A DNA stretch of 64,000 bases from Epithemia pelagica (GCA_946965045.2 OX337240.1:1054001-1118000), one strand, 5' to 3'. Counted from the stretch's first letter, positions 11,267 through 22,370 are shown. Notes: generated by a model from the letters alone, not told the origin. A program made the numbers and translations.

Positions 11267-12877
11267 TCATGAAAACTGGTTATCAAGCCATTCTTGGATG
11301 TATGGAACCTGGTAGGCCGGCTTCAAGAGCAATTCATTTCCTTGAATTTGCGCAAGGGACAAATGAGTAATGGCCTCTTCCCAAAGATATGCTACAACTG
11401 CAATCATAGCAACACGACCGTTGAACAACTCTCGTTCTTGCATATTCCGTTTCATGGAATCCGGTGCTCCTTCCAGTATCCGCAACGGGTCCCAGAAGCA
11501 GTCACCAGGGAGAAATGCTTCTCCAATCGCATCTCGATCTTTGATTGACTGAGAGTAAATGTCCATGTAGCCTAGTAGCAACATGATTAGAGTCATCAGC
11601 AAGGGGAAGTAAGGCAACGTGACGGGGCCATACAGCAGAGGACCAGCCTGATCTTCGTCCAGGAGAAGCTGATCCAGTTGTTCTTGCAGTGGCCAAAATA
11701 TGGCAGCTAACATGGCCAGACGCCCATGTCGTATTTCCGCCTCTCGATAATCGCGGAGGATCAATGCCTTTGGACGAGGCATGGTGCGGTTTTGTGTGTT
11801 TGTATTCTCAGTCGTGAGGCTTTCATCAATGTTGGACTCCGGTAATAGATCAATAAGGAAACGTTGCGTTGATTGGAAATAGTCTTTGGATGCCAGATTG
11901 AGTGGGTCAAACCCGAAATCTCCTGGTAGGCAATCGCTACCGACATTTGCCGAGACTGGAACCACTCCTTGTAGTAACGCTTTTTCTAAATTGGCCATGG
12001 CAGAAGCTTTGATAGGCACTGTACTGTCATTCGATCCGAGAATGGATGCCTCTGCTGTTGTCGTGTCTGTTGTTCCAGCATCGCGGTCTTGACTGGAGGC
12101 TTCCGTTTCCCTTTCGTCAACCGACTCAATCATCAATTCCTCTATTCCTATGAGTTCTCCACTCAGTCCATTTGTATCGCCTTCGGTATCCTCGTCAGGG
12201 TCGTAGAATGCAAGTGCATCTTCCACATCTTCCTCATCAAGGTCCCCGTCGTCAGGGAGGTCGCCAAATATATCCAACAGTGCTTGCTCTGGCCAATAGA
12301 ACTCATCCAAGTCATCAACGTCAGAACCACGTTCGTTTATTTTCTGCATCACATCGTCTTCGTCTTTCATCAGGGAAGACTCGGAGTTGTAATATTCTTC
12401 TAGCTCCATCATCATTGACTCAAATGATTCCACATCCCCAAGGTCGGACTGAAGAAAACCGATTTTCGTATCATTTTTGTTTTCGTTCAATTTTTGTGAC
12501 AGACTATAGGCCGAGACGTCATCATCAAGCCTATCTCCTTCTTCGTAGGATGAAGAGAACAAGAGGGCGAGTCTATGTCTTTCCGTTGATGTATACACAC
12601 CTCTTTTTCTGCCGAATTTCCGAAGCAATCGCGTTCCTCCCCACCCTGAGCAATGTACCTGAACTAGCTCGGTGAATCCTTGACGATCATTCATAATCTG
12701 AAAACATCTGCAAGGGATCCCTGCTGATTGTCGATCTGACTGTTTCTCATGCTTATGCGGCAAGCATCGGTAATGTGATGTTGTGCTTGAAGTTCTCCTC
12801 GTTAGAATCGAAGAACGAAGAAAGCCGACACTTCCAGAAAAATGAAGAGCTAAGATTGCAACAAGCAAATCCACCAT
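11267..12877 (-). CDS. Light-harvesting complex (chlorophyll a/b/c-binding) family protein with a long acidic N-terminal extension
   Basis: PGDFGFDPL, EAEIRHGRLAMLA, PGDCFWDPL and ERELFNGRVAMIA motifs. The signal peptide ends in SVG-F, like a bipartite plastid leader. Confidence 0.85.
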   Translation of the reverse strand: MVDLLVAILALHFSGSVGFLRSSILTRRTSSTTSHYRCLPHKHEKQSDRQSAGIPCRCFQIMNDRQGFTELVQVHCSGWGGTRLLRKFGRKRGVYTSTERHRLALLFSSSYEEGDRLDDDVSAYSLSQKLNENKNDTKIGFLQSDLGDVESFESMMMELEEYYNSESSLMKDEDDVMQKINERGSDVDDLDEFYWPEQALLDIFGDLPDDGDLDEEDVEDALAFYDPDEDTEGDTNGLSGELIGIEELMIESVDERETEASSQDRDAGTTDTTTAEASILGSNDSTVPIKASAMANLEKALLQGVVPVSANVGSDCLPGDFGFDPLNLASKDYFQSTQRFLIDLLPESNIDESLTTENTNTQNRTMPRPKALILRDYREAEIRHGRLAMLAAIFWPLQEQLDQLLLDEDQAGPLLYGPVTLPYFPLLMTLIMLLLGYMDIYSQSIKDRDAIGEAFLPGDCFWDPLRILEGAPDSMKRNMQERELFNGRVAMIAVVAYLWEEAITHLSLAQIQGNELLLKPAYQVPYIQEWLDNQFS

Positions 12878-13187
12878 TGGTAAACGGTTTCTGCTTGATC
12901 AAGAAGCGAGGTTCAATGCAACAATATCCTCCTGATATGAAGAGTGAAGAGGGTAAGAATGAATGATGACGTCGACAACCTAGCGGTAATTTATATTATA
13001 TCCGATGAATAAACAAATGTGTCGTCTTGGACGCATGCTTGAGAGTGACTCTGCCGCCACAATTTAGCATTTGTCATTTCGTTCGAAAAAAGGCTTCCAT
13101 TCAGGTTCTTTTTGCAATGTGGGATTTGAGGGTCATAACGTCATAGCACACGAAAGCCTTGTTCAATACTAAACTATAAAATATAAA

Positions 13188-15719
13188 CTATATGGACAGA
13201 TGCTCTTGAACAAACTCAGAGGGTGCCTCTGTAACAGAAGGCTCATCTTCAGCCGGTTCAGACTCGGAGGGCTCCTCTGATACAAACTCTGGGTCTTTGG
13301 ACAACTCTTCATTCTCCTCTTCGATGGTAGCTTCAATAACAGATTCAACTCGCGGTGCATCATCAATAAATGCCTCAGCGTTCTCTGGTTCTGGTTCCGT
13401 CTCTTCCCAACCAAACGCAACTTCCCTGGTAAAAATGTTGCCAAATTTCCCTGCCAGTCTTCGTGTTTCCTCCCAGTCTTCATGAGACACCATCATGCCT
13501 GACATGATTCTTCGATTTACTCGATCTAGTTGTGCTTGCATGTCAATCATTTTGAGAGTCAGTCTTCTGGACGGTGCTTGGTCGCTCTCAATCACAATTT
13601 CCCCTTTCTTAAACGTTCGTCTTGGCCTCAACAGGGTAGACGTGCTCAAGCTGGGCATACTGGTGCTCAACTGGGGAGATAACATTCCACGGGTGGGGAC
13701 CTTCCGGGCAACAAAAGGTTCCGAAGCGGGGCCTTGGACCTCGTTGAAACTCTCTGTAATGTCTTCTGTCTCGAAATCTCCATGGGATCGCTTGTTTCGC
13801 GTAACGTCTCCTCCCGATGAACGATCCAGATCGGAACTCCTCATCGACGCCCCCGAACTTTTCCTAATACCGCTATTCGGGGTAATAGTGAAATCCTGGT
13901 AGACGGAGCTGCTAACGCCTGATTCGCGAACCTTGCGAGTATGGTCCATCACCAACTTGGACACAACCACCGTTTCGCCTCTCCAAACCATCAAAAGCTT
14001 CGGCAGTACAATGCGCAGGGATGTATTGACTGTGATACTGATTACGACAAAGATCGCAATGAGATATGTCACAGAGGGAGAAGTGGTCGGATCTCGAGTA
14101 ACGAGAGCCACGGCCAATCCCATTATCAGGATAATGAAACTCGTCAGAGTGGTGTCGAATATTGTCTTGGATTCATTGAACAAGGATGGCAGCTTGCGTG
14201 ATTGCCATGCCATCAAGAGAACACTTATCACCAGAATACAAAAGACAATAAATCCATAGTAGATGATGGTGCCCCACAAGGATGAGCCACCACCGACACT
14301 GCATGTCGCTCGGCCCTTGCTTTCATCGTCATTCAAGTCTATGGTCCGTGTCTGTGGTTGCAACAACACCCCAACAACTTGTATAATTACTTGAGGTGCG
14401 GACAAAAGGGCAATGACAATCCACAATTTGGAATCACTGACTTGAGTCCGAAGTTTCTTTGGTTTGTGCTCACGGCAACAACAGAAGGACTTGGAGAAAC
14501 ATTGCTTGAGTCCATTCACGAGGCGAGACCATAGGGTAGACTCAGGAGAAAATGTTTTCAGAAGCATGGGGCTAATCAAGGCATGGATTCGCCATAATCT
14601 TCCCAGAGTAATAGCATACATAACTTGCAAGCATATACCCGTGAAGATGGTAGAAGCGTTGCAATACAAGTCATTGCGGGGCTCCAAAAGGAAACTGGTG
14701 GCTGTCGCCACTAGTGCAAACACAAGAGACACAATCAAGAATCGGCTTTGGCTCAATTTCATGATTTGATGATCTCGGTGCTTGATCGTTTGCATCAAAA
14801 GGAAGAGAATGACCAAGGAAGACACTCCAATCAGACAATAAGCAAAGTAGAGAACTTCTTTATCAACATCCAACACCACAACAGGTTCTTGGTACGTGAG
14901 CATACGCTGATCCCCAAACAAGGCATTCCCCATGTCATACCGCCACAACTGCGTTTCTCCTAGCTCGGTAGCATTCTCAAAGTACATTTGCGCAGATACC
15001 ATGGAAAAATAGAGGCCGGGAGTCAGCACCGCCATGGGGACTTCAACTTGGATATTCTTATAGATTGGACCTTCATCAAAGGGCAAGTACACTTTGGTGT
15101 AACCGGAATGAACGTGACTGCCACCGTGTAAGCCACCCCTTGGGCGTGGGGGTGGGGGTGGAATTTCAATATTGGGATTGGCGGCTCTAACCGCAGCTTC
15201 AGCAGCAGCTAGCCGTGCATTAGCTTCTTCATGGATAAAGGGGGAACAAAAACCAGCGCTTCCGGCTAAGCAATTCAGCACTTGGACCGCAATGTATCCA
15301 GGACCTTCATCACTCGTGAATCCTTGTGTAGCCCCCAAAGATGTCAAGTTGATATCCAACGATACAGTGAAATTATACTCAACTGTGGTTCGTAATCGCT
15401 CTCCGTAGAGAACTAGTTCATCTGGCGCCACTCCTGACATGGTGTTTCCCTGAGGACAAGCTCGTAGTAAGGTTACACCACTGACACTCACCAAAAAGTC
15501 TTTGATCAAAGGATTCGGTAGCTCGAGACCATTCTCATCGCTCTGAGAACTCCAGCAGATCGGATCCACACCCATTTCGGTGTCATATCCACTTATGGTT
15601 TGTGTCGTTCCTGGAATTCCTGCAGAGCCGACGAAGTCCACCGAAACGGCCAGTATCAACAGCGATAAGGACCGTAACCATCTTGAGTTATTGCAGTTCG
15701 GCGTGGTACGGCTTTTCAT
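13188..15719 (-). CDS. Class C-like 7TM GPCR with a non-Venus-flytrap ectodomain
   Basis: Signal peptide and seven hydrophobic helices. 7tm_3-like motifs KHRDHQIMKLSQSRFL, GRLWRI and SRKLPSLFNESKTI. Confidence 0.85.
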   Translation of the reverse strand: MKSRTTPNCNNSRWLRSLSLLILAVSVDFVGSAGIPGTTQTISGYDTEMGVDPICWSSQSDENGLELPNPLIKDFLVSVSGVTLLRACPQGNTMSGVAPDELVLYGERLRTTVEYNFTVSLDINLTSLGATQGFTSDEGPGYIAVQVLNCLAGSAGFCSPFIHEEANARLAAAEAAVRAANPNIEIPPPPPRPRGGLHGGSHVHSGYTKVYLPFDEGPIYKNIQVEVPMAVLTPGLYFSMVSAQMYFENATELGETQLWRYDMGNALFGDQRMLTYQEPVVVLDVDKEVLYFAYCLIGVSSLVILFLLMQTIKHRDHQIMKLSQSRFLIVSLVFALVATATSFLLEPRNDLYCNASTIFTGICLQVMYAITLGRLWRIHALISPMLLKTFSPESTLWSRLVNGLKQCFSKSFCCCREHKPKKLRTQVSDSKLWIVIALLSAPQVIIQVVGVLLQPQTRTIDLNDDESKGRATCSVGGGSSLWGTIIYYGFIVFCILVISVLLMAWQSRKLPSLFNESKTIFDTTLTSFIILIMGLAVALVTRDPTTSPSVTYLIAIFVVISITVNTSLRIVLPKLLMVWRGETVVVSKLVMDHTRKVRESGVSSSVYQDFTITPNSGIRKSSGASMRSSDLDRSSGGDVTRNKRSHGDFETEDITESFNEVQGPASEPFVARKVPTRGMLSPQLSTSMPSLSTSTLLRPRRTFKKGEIVIESDQAPSRRLTLKMIDMQAQLDRVNRRIMSGMMVSHEDWEETRRLAGKFGNIFTREVAFGWEETEPEPENAEAFIDDAPRVESVIEATIEEENEELSKDPEFVSEEPSESEPAEDEPSVTEAPSEFVQEHLSI

Positions 15720-17228
15720 GAGGTCAATGACTGCAGGGCTCGCCCTCCTCTGACAACCTCTGTTGCTTGTTCAGAAAGATGTTGCTTGTTGGTGTTGACA
15801 AATGAATTCGTGCCGCGATGAATTTGTCTGGCGAAACAGTAAACAGGCAGACAGTGGCTGTTTCCTGTATGCATAAGCAGAGTTGACACTGAACAAAACA
15901 GTAGATACCACAGAAACCCGAATACAAATCGGCGGAAGATGATTTCGCACGGTCGCGCGGTCACAGTTCAACCCTAAAGACTACAACGACCCCCAAATAA
16001 AAATACTCGTAAATAATAAAGGAGGCTGCGAAAAAATTAATAAGGCTACTCCCAACCTCAAATCCCAAGGCCTCCCGGTAACGGTAACCGGTACTCGTAG
16101 CTCGTTGTTCATGCTTCCTCCAGCCTCCAGCGAAAGGTAGAGAAAGGGAAAAGGGATGCCTCGAGAATGTCTATCTAGAGAGAATGTCACGCAGGACAAA
16201 TCTGAGCAATTGTTCGGGTTAAGGTTGATAGTTGATACGTTTCCCGTTTTCGGATTTTGTTGCTGCGTGAAAAAGAGACGCATCAACCATCAAACGACGG
16301 CCTGTTGACAAAAGTGAGAATGGGGATTGGCTCGCTATGCACGTGTTTCTGTCTGATTCTGAGAAAGAATCATTCATCTTGTATAAGAATATCATATTGC
16401 AGCTATTCGAGGAGCACGCAGCAGTCGTTAGATAGTAGCTAGAGGCTATCGTAAGCGGAGCTCGGAGCTAAGCATCGTGCAATGGCCGATGCAGGACACA
16501 TTCATCATCAAACCATTCACCATCATCCAAGGCTAGTAACCTGTCAAAGACACAAATGATTCGACTGCCGCTTTCATCTTGCCCACAACACCAGTACCAT
16601 TGATTTACTTGAGAGAGCAACGTCGTTCGTAGAGTTAATAGTTAATGCCCGTAGCTTCTTGCTCGTCCGGAGGTGAGAACTCGCGAGCAATAATACGAGA
16701 GAATATTAGTAGGGCATATGAATCTTCCAACCTTGTAAGATCGCAGGATAGGTTCTTGTTCCTCACTTATCAGATCTTTGTCGCATAACTTCTACTACTC
16801 TTATAGTTACATGTACCAGTACTCTGGGGTGGCAAGCCCCCCACCCATCCTTTCCCAAAGGAGGGCGGGTATTGTGATTCGCTCCAGAACCGCGGGACTC
16901 GGAATCCCGTACGACTTCTGTCCATTGCGTGCGAGTGTGCATCCAACCACGTAGCCATCCCAATAACAAACCCCGTTAGGAGCCAAGATACCCTGAAATA
17001 TCATCACAAGTATCTTGCCAACATACTCCGGCTGCCAAGCCATTGTATATCGTCTGCAGGATAAGCCGTTGCAGCGTCTGCAGGCAAGCTGGCAATAGCA
17101 AGCGAGCTAGACTTTACTCTTTTCAGAGTACCGTCGAGCCAATTCCCCATTTCGGTAAGTAACACTTGTATCCTCTTCGCATCGCCGCTTGTTATTGCCT
17201 TCCTCGCTCATCCTTCTTCTCCTTCCCA

Positions 17229-18791
17229 TCAGAGTCCCTCCGAAAATTGTATCAATGCTTCAACAGATGCTTTGGCGTCTGTATACCTCTCCATCATCGT
17301 CATACCGGGGAGAACTCCTCGACTTCGCAAATGCTTTCTCCACCGATTGTTCATTTCGATGACTTCAGGTCCAAGCTTTCTGTTCTGTGCCGTTGTGGTT
17401 GCTCCTCGTCGAAAGGACCTTCTTGCGCTAAATTCCTCCTCTACCTTGACTGTCTCGGGTAGAATGTCCGGTCGTTGGTGCTTGATTCGTTTCCATAATC
17501 CATGGAATAACTGGTCGAGGTCTCCGATCAGCGCTCTTTGAACCTTTCCAGTCTTTGACACTCGTCGAAAAAGGGGTCCCTGTGTGACCTTTCGAATATG
17601 CAATTCTCTTATCGCTCTTTCAATCCACTTCCTGATTTCGATACCAGAGCTCGATTTATCCGCCAGGGGTTGGATGTAAAGTCGAAACGATCCATCAGTT
17701 TGTTCGAATCTACCCGCCAGCGCCAAAGGAACATGGGCCACGGCTGAGCAGTGCAATCCTTCTTCCCAGTATTTCCGCAACAAACCAACGTCTACTTGTG
17801 GGATCTCCTCCCCTCGTAGAGCAGCACAAAACCCAATGACTACCAGCGCTCCCGATAAGGCAATTTCCAACTTCCTTTGTCCTTGAGGAAAACTCTCCCA
17901 CTCTTTCTCGAGAATGCTCAATCCGCACAGCACCTCTTCCAAGGTAACCGCCCTGTCTGGAATCCAGACGTCTCCCATTCGACGGTGACATCCCGCCATA
18001 AAGCGCTTGAACCAAAAACTATTTGTCGGACTGGATGTGAACATGAGTGCAGTTCTATCACCCGTGCCCATCGTCGACAGGCCTGTTCCCCCCGGCAATG
18101 TATGGATGAAATTTGAAACCACCGAGCGAACCTTTCTGGCCGTCTCAAATTGTATGTGCTTTGCGTTTCTTCCCTCCTGAAGACTCTTCATCAACAACAC
18201 ACACGCGATCGACATACCAAAAGTGTCTCCAATTTCAAAAGGTCCTCGCTGAGGCAGAGGTTCGCTTAATCCAATGAGGTTCGCAGTCTTTTGCAGATTC
18301 CTCATTTCCCTCCAATTCTTCTCTGCGGTTGATCGCTCTCTCGCCCAAAAGGCGTCAAGGATCGCTCGTCGGATGCAAATCGCCAGCATCTCATCCTCCT
18401 TTGAGTCTTCTCGACGAAACCGACCTTTCATGTTGTAAAACATACAGGCATCACATTGGAATGGACACATGAAGTGGTCGCCGTCCCTGCTCTCCTGAAA
18501 ACGCTTGGCATCATCCTCGAATTTGTCGAGACCATTCGGGTCGATCAACGCGTCGTCGAGATCGCCAGCTTCCAGCACTGGGAAACGATTGTTCGCGTCT
18601 TGGACATAACACTGAGCATGCCATGCTCCCGTGCATCGCTCACTAGTGCCCCGTGTACATCCAAAATTTCCGCAAACAACTCCCGTCAAGGCAGGTAGTG
18701 GATGACCACACTTCTGACAAGCCACTGTGGACCTCATCCAATATGTGTCTTGCTCTTGAAACTTGCCATGGCCTGTGAAAAAGATGGGCAT
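17229..18791 (-). CDS. DIRS tyrosine recombinase with a Cys/His-rich N-terminus
   Basis: ALRGEE (catalytic R), RSFRRGATT (HxxR box with R for H), NNRW and MERY (catalytic Y). N-terminal CQKC..CGNFGC..CTGAWHAQC and HFMCPFQCDAC. It overlaps the end of pol in another frame. Confidence 0.85.
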   Translation of the reverse strand: MPIFFTGHGKFQEQDTYWMRSTVACQKCGHPLPALTGVVCGNFGCTRGTSERCTGAWHAQCYVQDANNRFPVLEAGDLDDALIDPNGLDKFEDDAKRFQESRDGDHFMCPFQCDACMFYNMKGRFRREDSKEDEMLAICIRRAILDAFWARERSTAEKNWREMRNLQKTANLIGLSEPLPQRGPFEIGDTFGMSIACVLLMKSLQEGRNAKHIQFETARKVRSVVSNFIHTLPGGTGLSTMGTGDRTALMFTSSPTNSFWFKRFMAGCHRRMGDVWIPDRAVTLEEVLCGLSILEKEWESFPQGQRKLEIALSGALVVIGFCAALRGEEIPQVDVGLLRKYWEEGLHCSAVAHVPLALAGRFEQTDGSFRLYIQPLADKSSSGIEIRKWIERAIRELHIRKVTQGPLFRRVSKTGKVQRALIGDLDQLFHGLWKRIKHQRPDILPETVKVEEEFSARRSFRRGATTTAQNRKLGPEVIEMNNRWRKHLRSRGVLPGMTMMERYTDAKASVEALIQFSEGL

Positions 18792-19416
18792 GAACGAACG
18801 CGACTATTAGAGGTTCATGTTGGCCTTTCGACCACAAACAGCAATCAACCGGTATTGTAAAAACAATATCAGCAATTTTCCCGAGCTTCTTGCGCCATCG
18901 ATTCGACATCAGCGCAGGACAAACAAAAATGTGGGAGTTATCGGGTCGGATATGATGTGAGTTGCACATCAAATCAACAGCGACGTCTGCTATAGCCGGT
19001 GGTGGGTTCCACACATAACAACCTCGTTCGAAGGCCTCATCGTACCACTGCTGGGGAGTCAATTTCTTCCATTGCATCCCAGCCGTGTACTGAAGCAACC
19101 AGTCGACGGCTCCTGGGAATCGTTCTTCTGAATTTAAGTGCAGTGGGACATGGAAAAGCATTGAATCGCCCGCCATGACTCCCGTTAGTAAATCTCCCCG
19201 CGACAGACCATCGGTCCCTTGGTCAATCATGCGAGTGCCAGCCACCCAAACTACCCTGAGGAAAACGTTTCCGTTCATCTCGAGCTTGCGAGCCCGCAGT
19301 ACTAGCTCAAACAACAATCTTGATGTGGACGTTCCTCGATAAAAGGCAGACTCGGAGGTAGCGTTGTCGGTGAAGAGAAAAACCTCGGTGCCAAGCAACA
19401 ATCTACCACTTGTGAC
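18643..19416 (-). pseudogene. RNase H C-terminal half plus DIRS methyltransferase-like domain (pol after the premature stop)
   Basis: FLFTDN and TDGLSRG, then YVWNPPPAIA..FVCPALMSNRW. It is in the same frame as RT and separated from it only by TAA at 19417-19419. Confidence 0.8.
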
Positions 19417-21090
19417 TTATGATTCCAAGCGGAGAATCAGGTTGTACAACTCTCTGAAGTTGGACGACCTGGCTCCGTACTCGCGAGTCCATAGACCATG
19501 TTCCGTGTCTACCTCGTTTCCACCGTAGACCCACAACGATGAGCCGAAACCTTTGCCTGAGGCATCTCCAAAGACGATGACCACCTGCGAACCTGTTCGT
19601 GGTCGAGCCAACAATTGCGGAGGCGTGTCACCTGACGTGAGGTCCTCCAAGGCCTTTACATCATCGTTGAATCGTTTTGCCTTCTTTACTCGAAGTGGGG
19701 CGGGACCTTGAGCAAGAGTCCTTTTCTCATCATCGGCCATCACCGCATCTCGCTCCTTTGGAGACAAACGCCAGCCCTCCTCGTTGCGATCCGGTCTCCA
19801 AGACTCCAAGGTCAAATGTATGCCTTTTAAGTACGGCACCATGCTTTGGTAAGTCAATGAGACATACACTAAGAAACCCCGTATACGCTCTAATTCCTTA
19901 CGGTCGATTTCCTCCTCTTCTGCTGCCCATTCAACCAATCTTTGGACATGATTCCTGGTCTTCTTCCATCTTTCCATCGATACTGTTTTATACACTGCGT
20001 CCCCCGTGGTTTCGACAACTGCGCCGGCCCATGCTCCTGGTGTTTGACTTGGCGGCCGACGTTTTCGTGCAGCGTCTTGAAGACCAAAGTATGCAGCGCC
20101 CTTGGCCATTGCACTAGCGGCCAACCGTGCTTCTTCTTTTGAAGGAGCAGTTCCACGAAGATCATCGACGTAAGTATGAATATCGACCGCGATTTTTCCA
20201 TCTTCTCGTATCTTACATATCCATGGTCTTGCTGGATCATAGTCCTGGCTTCCCGGCAGGTTGAGCTCCACTTTCGCCCACCGAAAAATATTTTTCTTAT
20301 CAAGTCGGCAACCAAAGGTTACTCTTTTGACTCGTTGTGAACACTGGGTCGTCTGATAAGGGGATACCGTAATGCCCATGGCGCAGCGTACCCATGCTTC
20401 CCATTTCTTCTTCTTACCCAATTCCTTGCTTGTTTCTTCTTCAAACAATGCTGTCAAGTCGACCCCTGTGTATTTCCTTATTTCTGGATGAATCCAGAAA
20501 TTTAGGAACATTTCACCAAAATCGCTATCGGCCGACCACGTTGTCACATCAACCGATCTGAGCATTGAATCCACAGTGGCCAAACTGAACCAAGGAGCGT
20601 GTAGTGATGCGTTGAGACCACTCTTCGTTCCATCATATACCATACGTATATCAGTTGGGCCCTTGGGGACTGAGAAGAAGCTAGTAAGAGAAAGGATCCC
20701 GGCCTGTGGAGCGATGTACCCTCGATTTCTAACCTTGCTGATCTTCTTCTTCTCTAATGCTCGACTTGTCTCGTCCGGATTGTTTCTTTGTGGAATCCTG
20801 TACCTAGGTGGCGGCCCAATCCACATGGGTTTGACTCCATCTCTCATTTCAACGTGCCATACTCGATCGGGCATCCTCCAAAAGAACGGAGAGGAGCCCA
20901 AGTCCCAATCCCACCATGAGGCTCGAGACACATGTTGCATTGCGCTAATTCCGGCGTCAAGCGATACCTTTTGTTCCCTATCACTCAACTGCTTCTTGTG
21001 AAGTCTCCACCAGGTCCAAAAATCGTTCGAGACCTTGCGCTTCCAATATTTCAACGCCCCGTCACGAATCAAACTCAACGCTTTGATCAT
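19417..21090 (-). pseudogene. Reverse transcriptase plus RNase H N-terminal half
   Basis: RMVYDGTKSGLN, DSDFGEMFLNF, WVRCAMGITVSPY, YVDDLR, LERIRGFLVY, FGDASGKGFG and SSNFRE. It ends at an in-frame TAA. Confidence 0.92.
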
Positions 21091-22370
21091 TGACTGGTTT
21101 CCGCGAATGTTTGTACTCCGTAACGAGACAGAATTCTGTCATTCCAAAGATGGTACGGAATTTCCGCGTCATCCGCCTTTGTGGCCTTCAAGTTTCGATC
21201 CTCGTCCTTGAGCTCGTCTGACATTTCAACAATCAACGAAGGGTCCATGTCGTCAAGAGTGGACGGCTCATCACACTCCTTCATTCCTGGTTTATCCCTG
21301 TCGTCGGTTGATGAAACCGACTCTTCTCTGTCCGATCCATTCCGGCCGCGTGATCGTGGAAGCGACAAAAATCGACGAATTAGATGAACAACCTGTACTC
21401 TTGCTTTGAAGGGTGGCCCCACTTGTTCCAACCATCGTGACAAATCGTCTTCTGCCGCGTGTTTGCTCATTATCGCGGGGAAATCTAGCGCCAGCGACAG
21501 CTCTCGGACTCCCAAGCGACGAGAGACCAACCCAGTTGGAGAGAACACACTTGGCAGGACATGAACGGCCGTCTTGTCCCTTTTCCAGTCCATTTTCCGA
21601 TTCATCAACGACGTTACCTCGTTGTCCACGGCTTTGACCCGACCGTGTAGTGTGTGGTCTATGATTCCACGAACACTTGTGAATCTCAGACCTGACTCAA
21701 TAGCTCCGTCCCACCAGTTGTCAAAAGATGTTCCCTCTTGTTCCCCTGGCGCAGGTTTGGAGGCAATATACACCCAGTCAATTCGCGTGGTGACACCACC
21801 CAACAAGCCATGATCCATTCTCATACGGGTGGTACTCCAGCCCTGGTCCGTCGGAGGTCCTGCTGTGGGACGGCTCTTCCACCATACAACAATTTGTAAA
21901 CTTGGTATGTCCCAGACCGGATGTTGAGGTCCTGGCGACATGGCATCGAAGAATACCATGTTTGTCGCTGGATAGCGATATCGTCCGTCTGAATCGTCGA
22001 TCGTCGCCTGCTCTTCATCGATAGCCATTTGCGAGCAACTTCTCTTCCTTCCTCCCCATTTTTTCGTCCTTGGCTTCGCCAGTAAAAGCGTTATCCATTC
22101 TTGGTGTATCACCGAATCGCATTTTTGCGAGCCTTGCAATCGATCAATCCAAATGACGGGGCCAAGGAGCGATGTCGTCCAAAACCAAAAGGGGATCTCC
22201 CTACACACCAAACCGACGGTGAAATTGCTTGCCCCTACAGGCAGTTGTGTTCGTTTGCTTTCCAAGACACCGTCTTCTGTAGGATTCGAGTCAGAACAAA
22301 GTCTCTTCGCTAGCTTAAACTCCTCGCTAACCGTAGCCCTCGCTGATATTTCTTTTGTTCTCTGCTCCAT
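21087..22370 (-). CDS. pol N-terminal ORF with a degenerate cytosine-C5 DNA methyltransferase-like fold
   Basis: GWSTTRMRMDHGLLGGVTTRIDWVYIA resembles the motif VII-VIII region and SRRLGVRELSLALDFP resembles motif IX. No intact FxGxG, PC or ENV motif. Confidence 0.6.
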   Translation of the reverse strand: MEQRTKEISARATVSEEFKLAKRLCSDSNPTEDGVLESKRTQLPVGASNFTVGLVCREIPFWFWTTSLLGPVIWIDRLQGSQKCDSVIHQEWITLLLAKPRTKKWGGRKRSCSQMAIDEEQATIDDSDGRYRYPATNMVFFDAMSPGPQHPVWDIPSLQIVVWWKSRPTAGPPTDQGWSTTRMRMDHGLLGGVTTRIDWVYIASKPAPGEQEGTSFDNWWDGAIESGLRFTSVRGIIDHTLHGRVKAVDNEVTSLMNRKMDWKRDKTAVHVLPSVFSPTGLVSRRLGVRELSLALDFPAIMSKHAAEDDLSRWLEQVGPPFKARVQVVHLIRRFLSLPRSRGRNGSDREESVSSTDDRDKPGMKECDEPSTLDDMDPSLIVEMSDELKDEDRNLKATKADDAEIPYHLWNDRILSRYGVQTFAETSQ

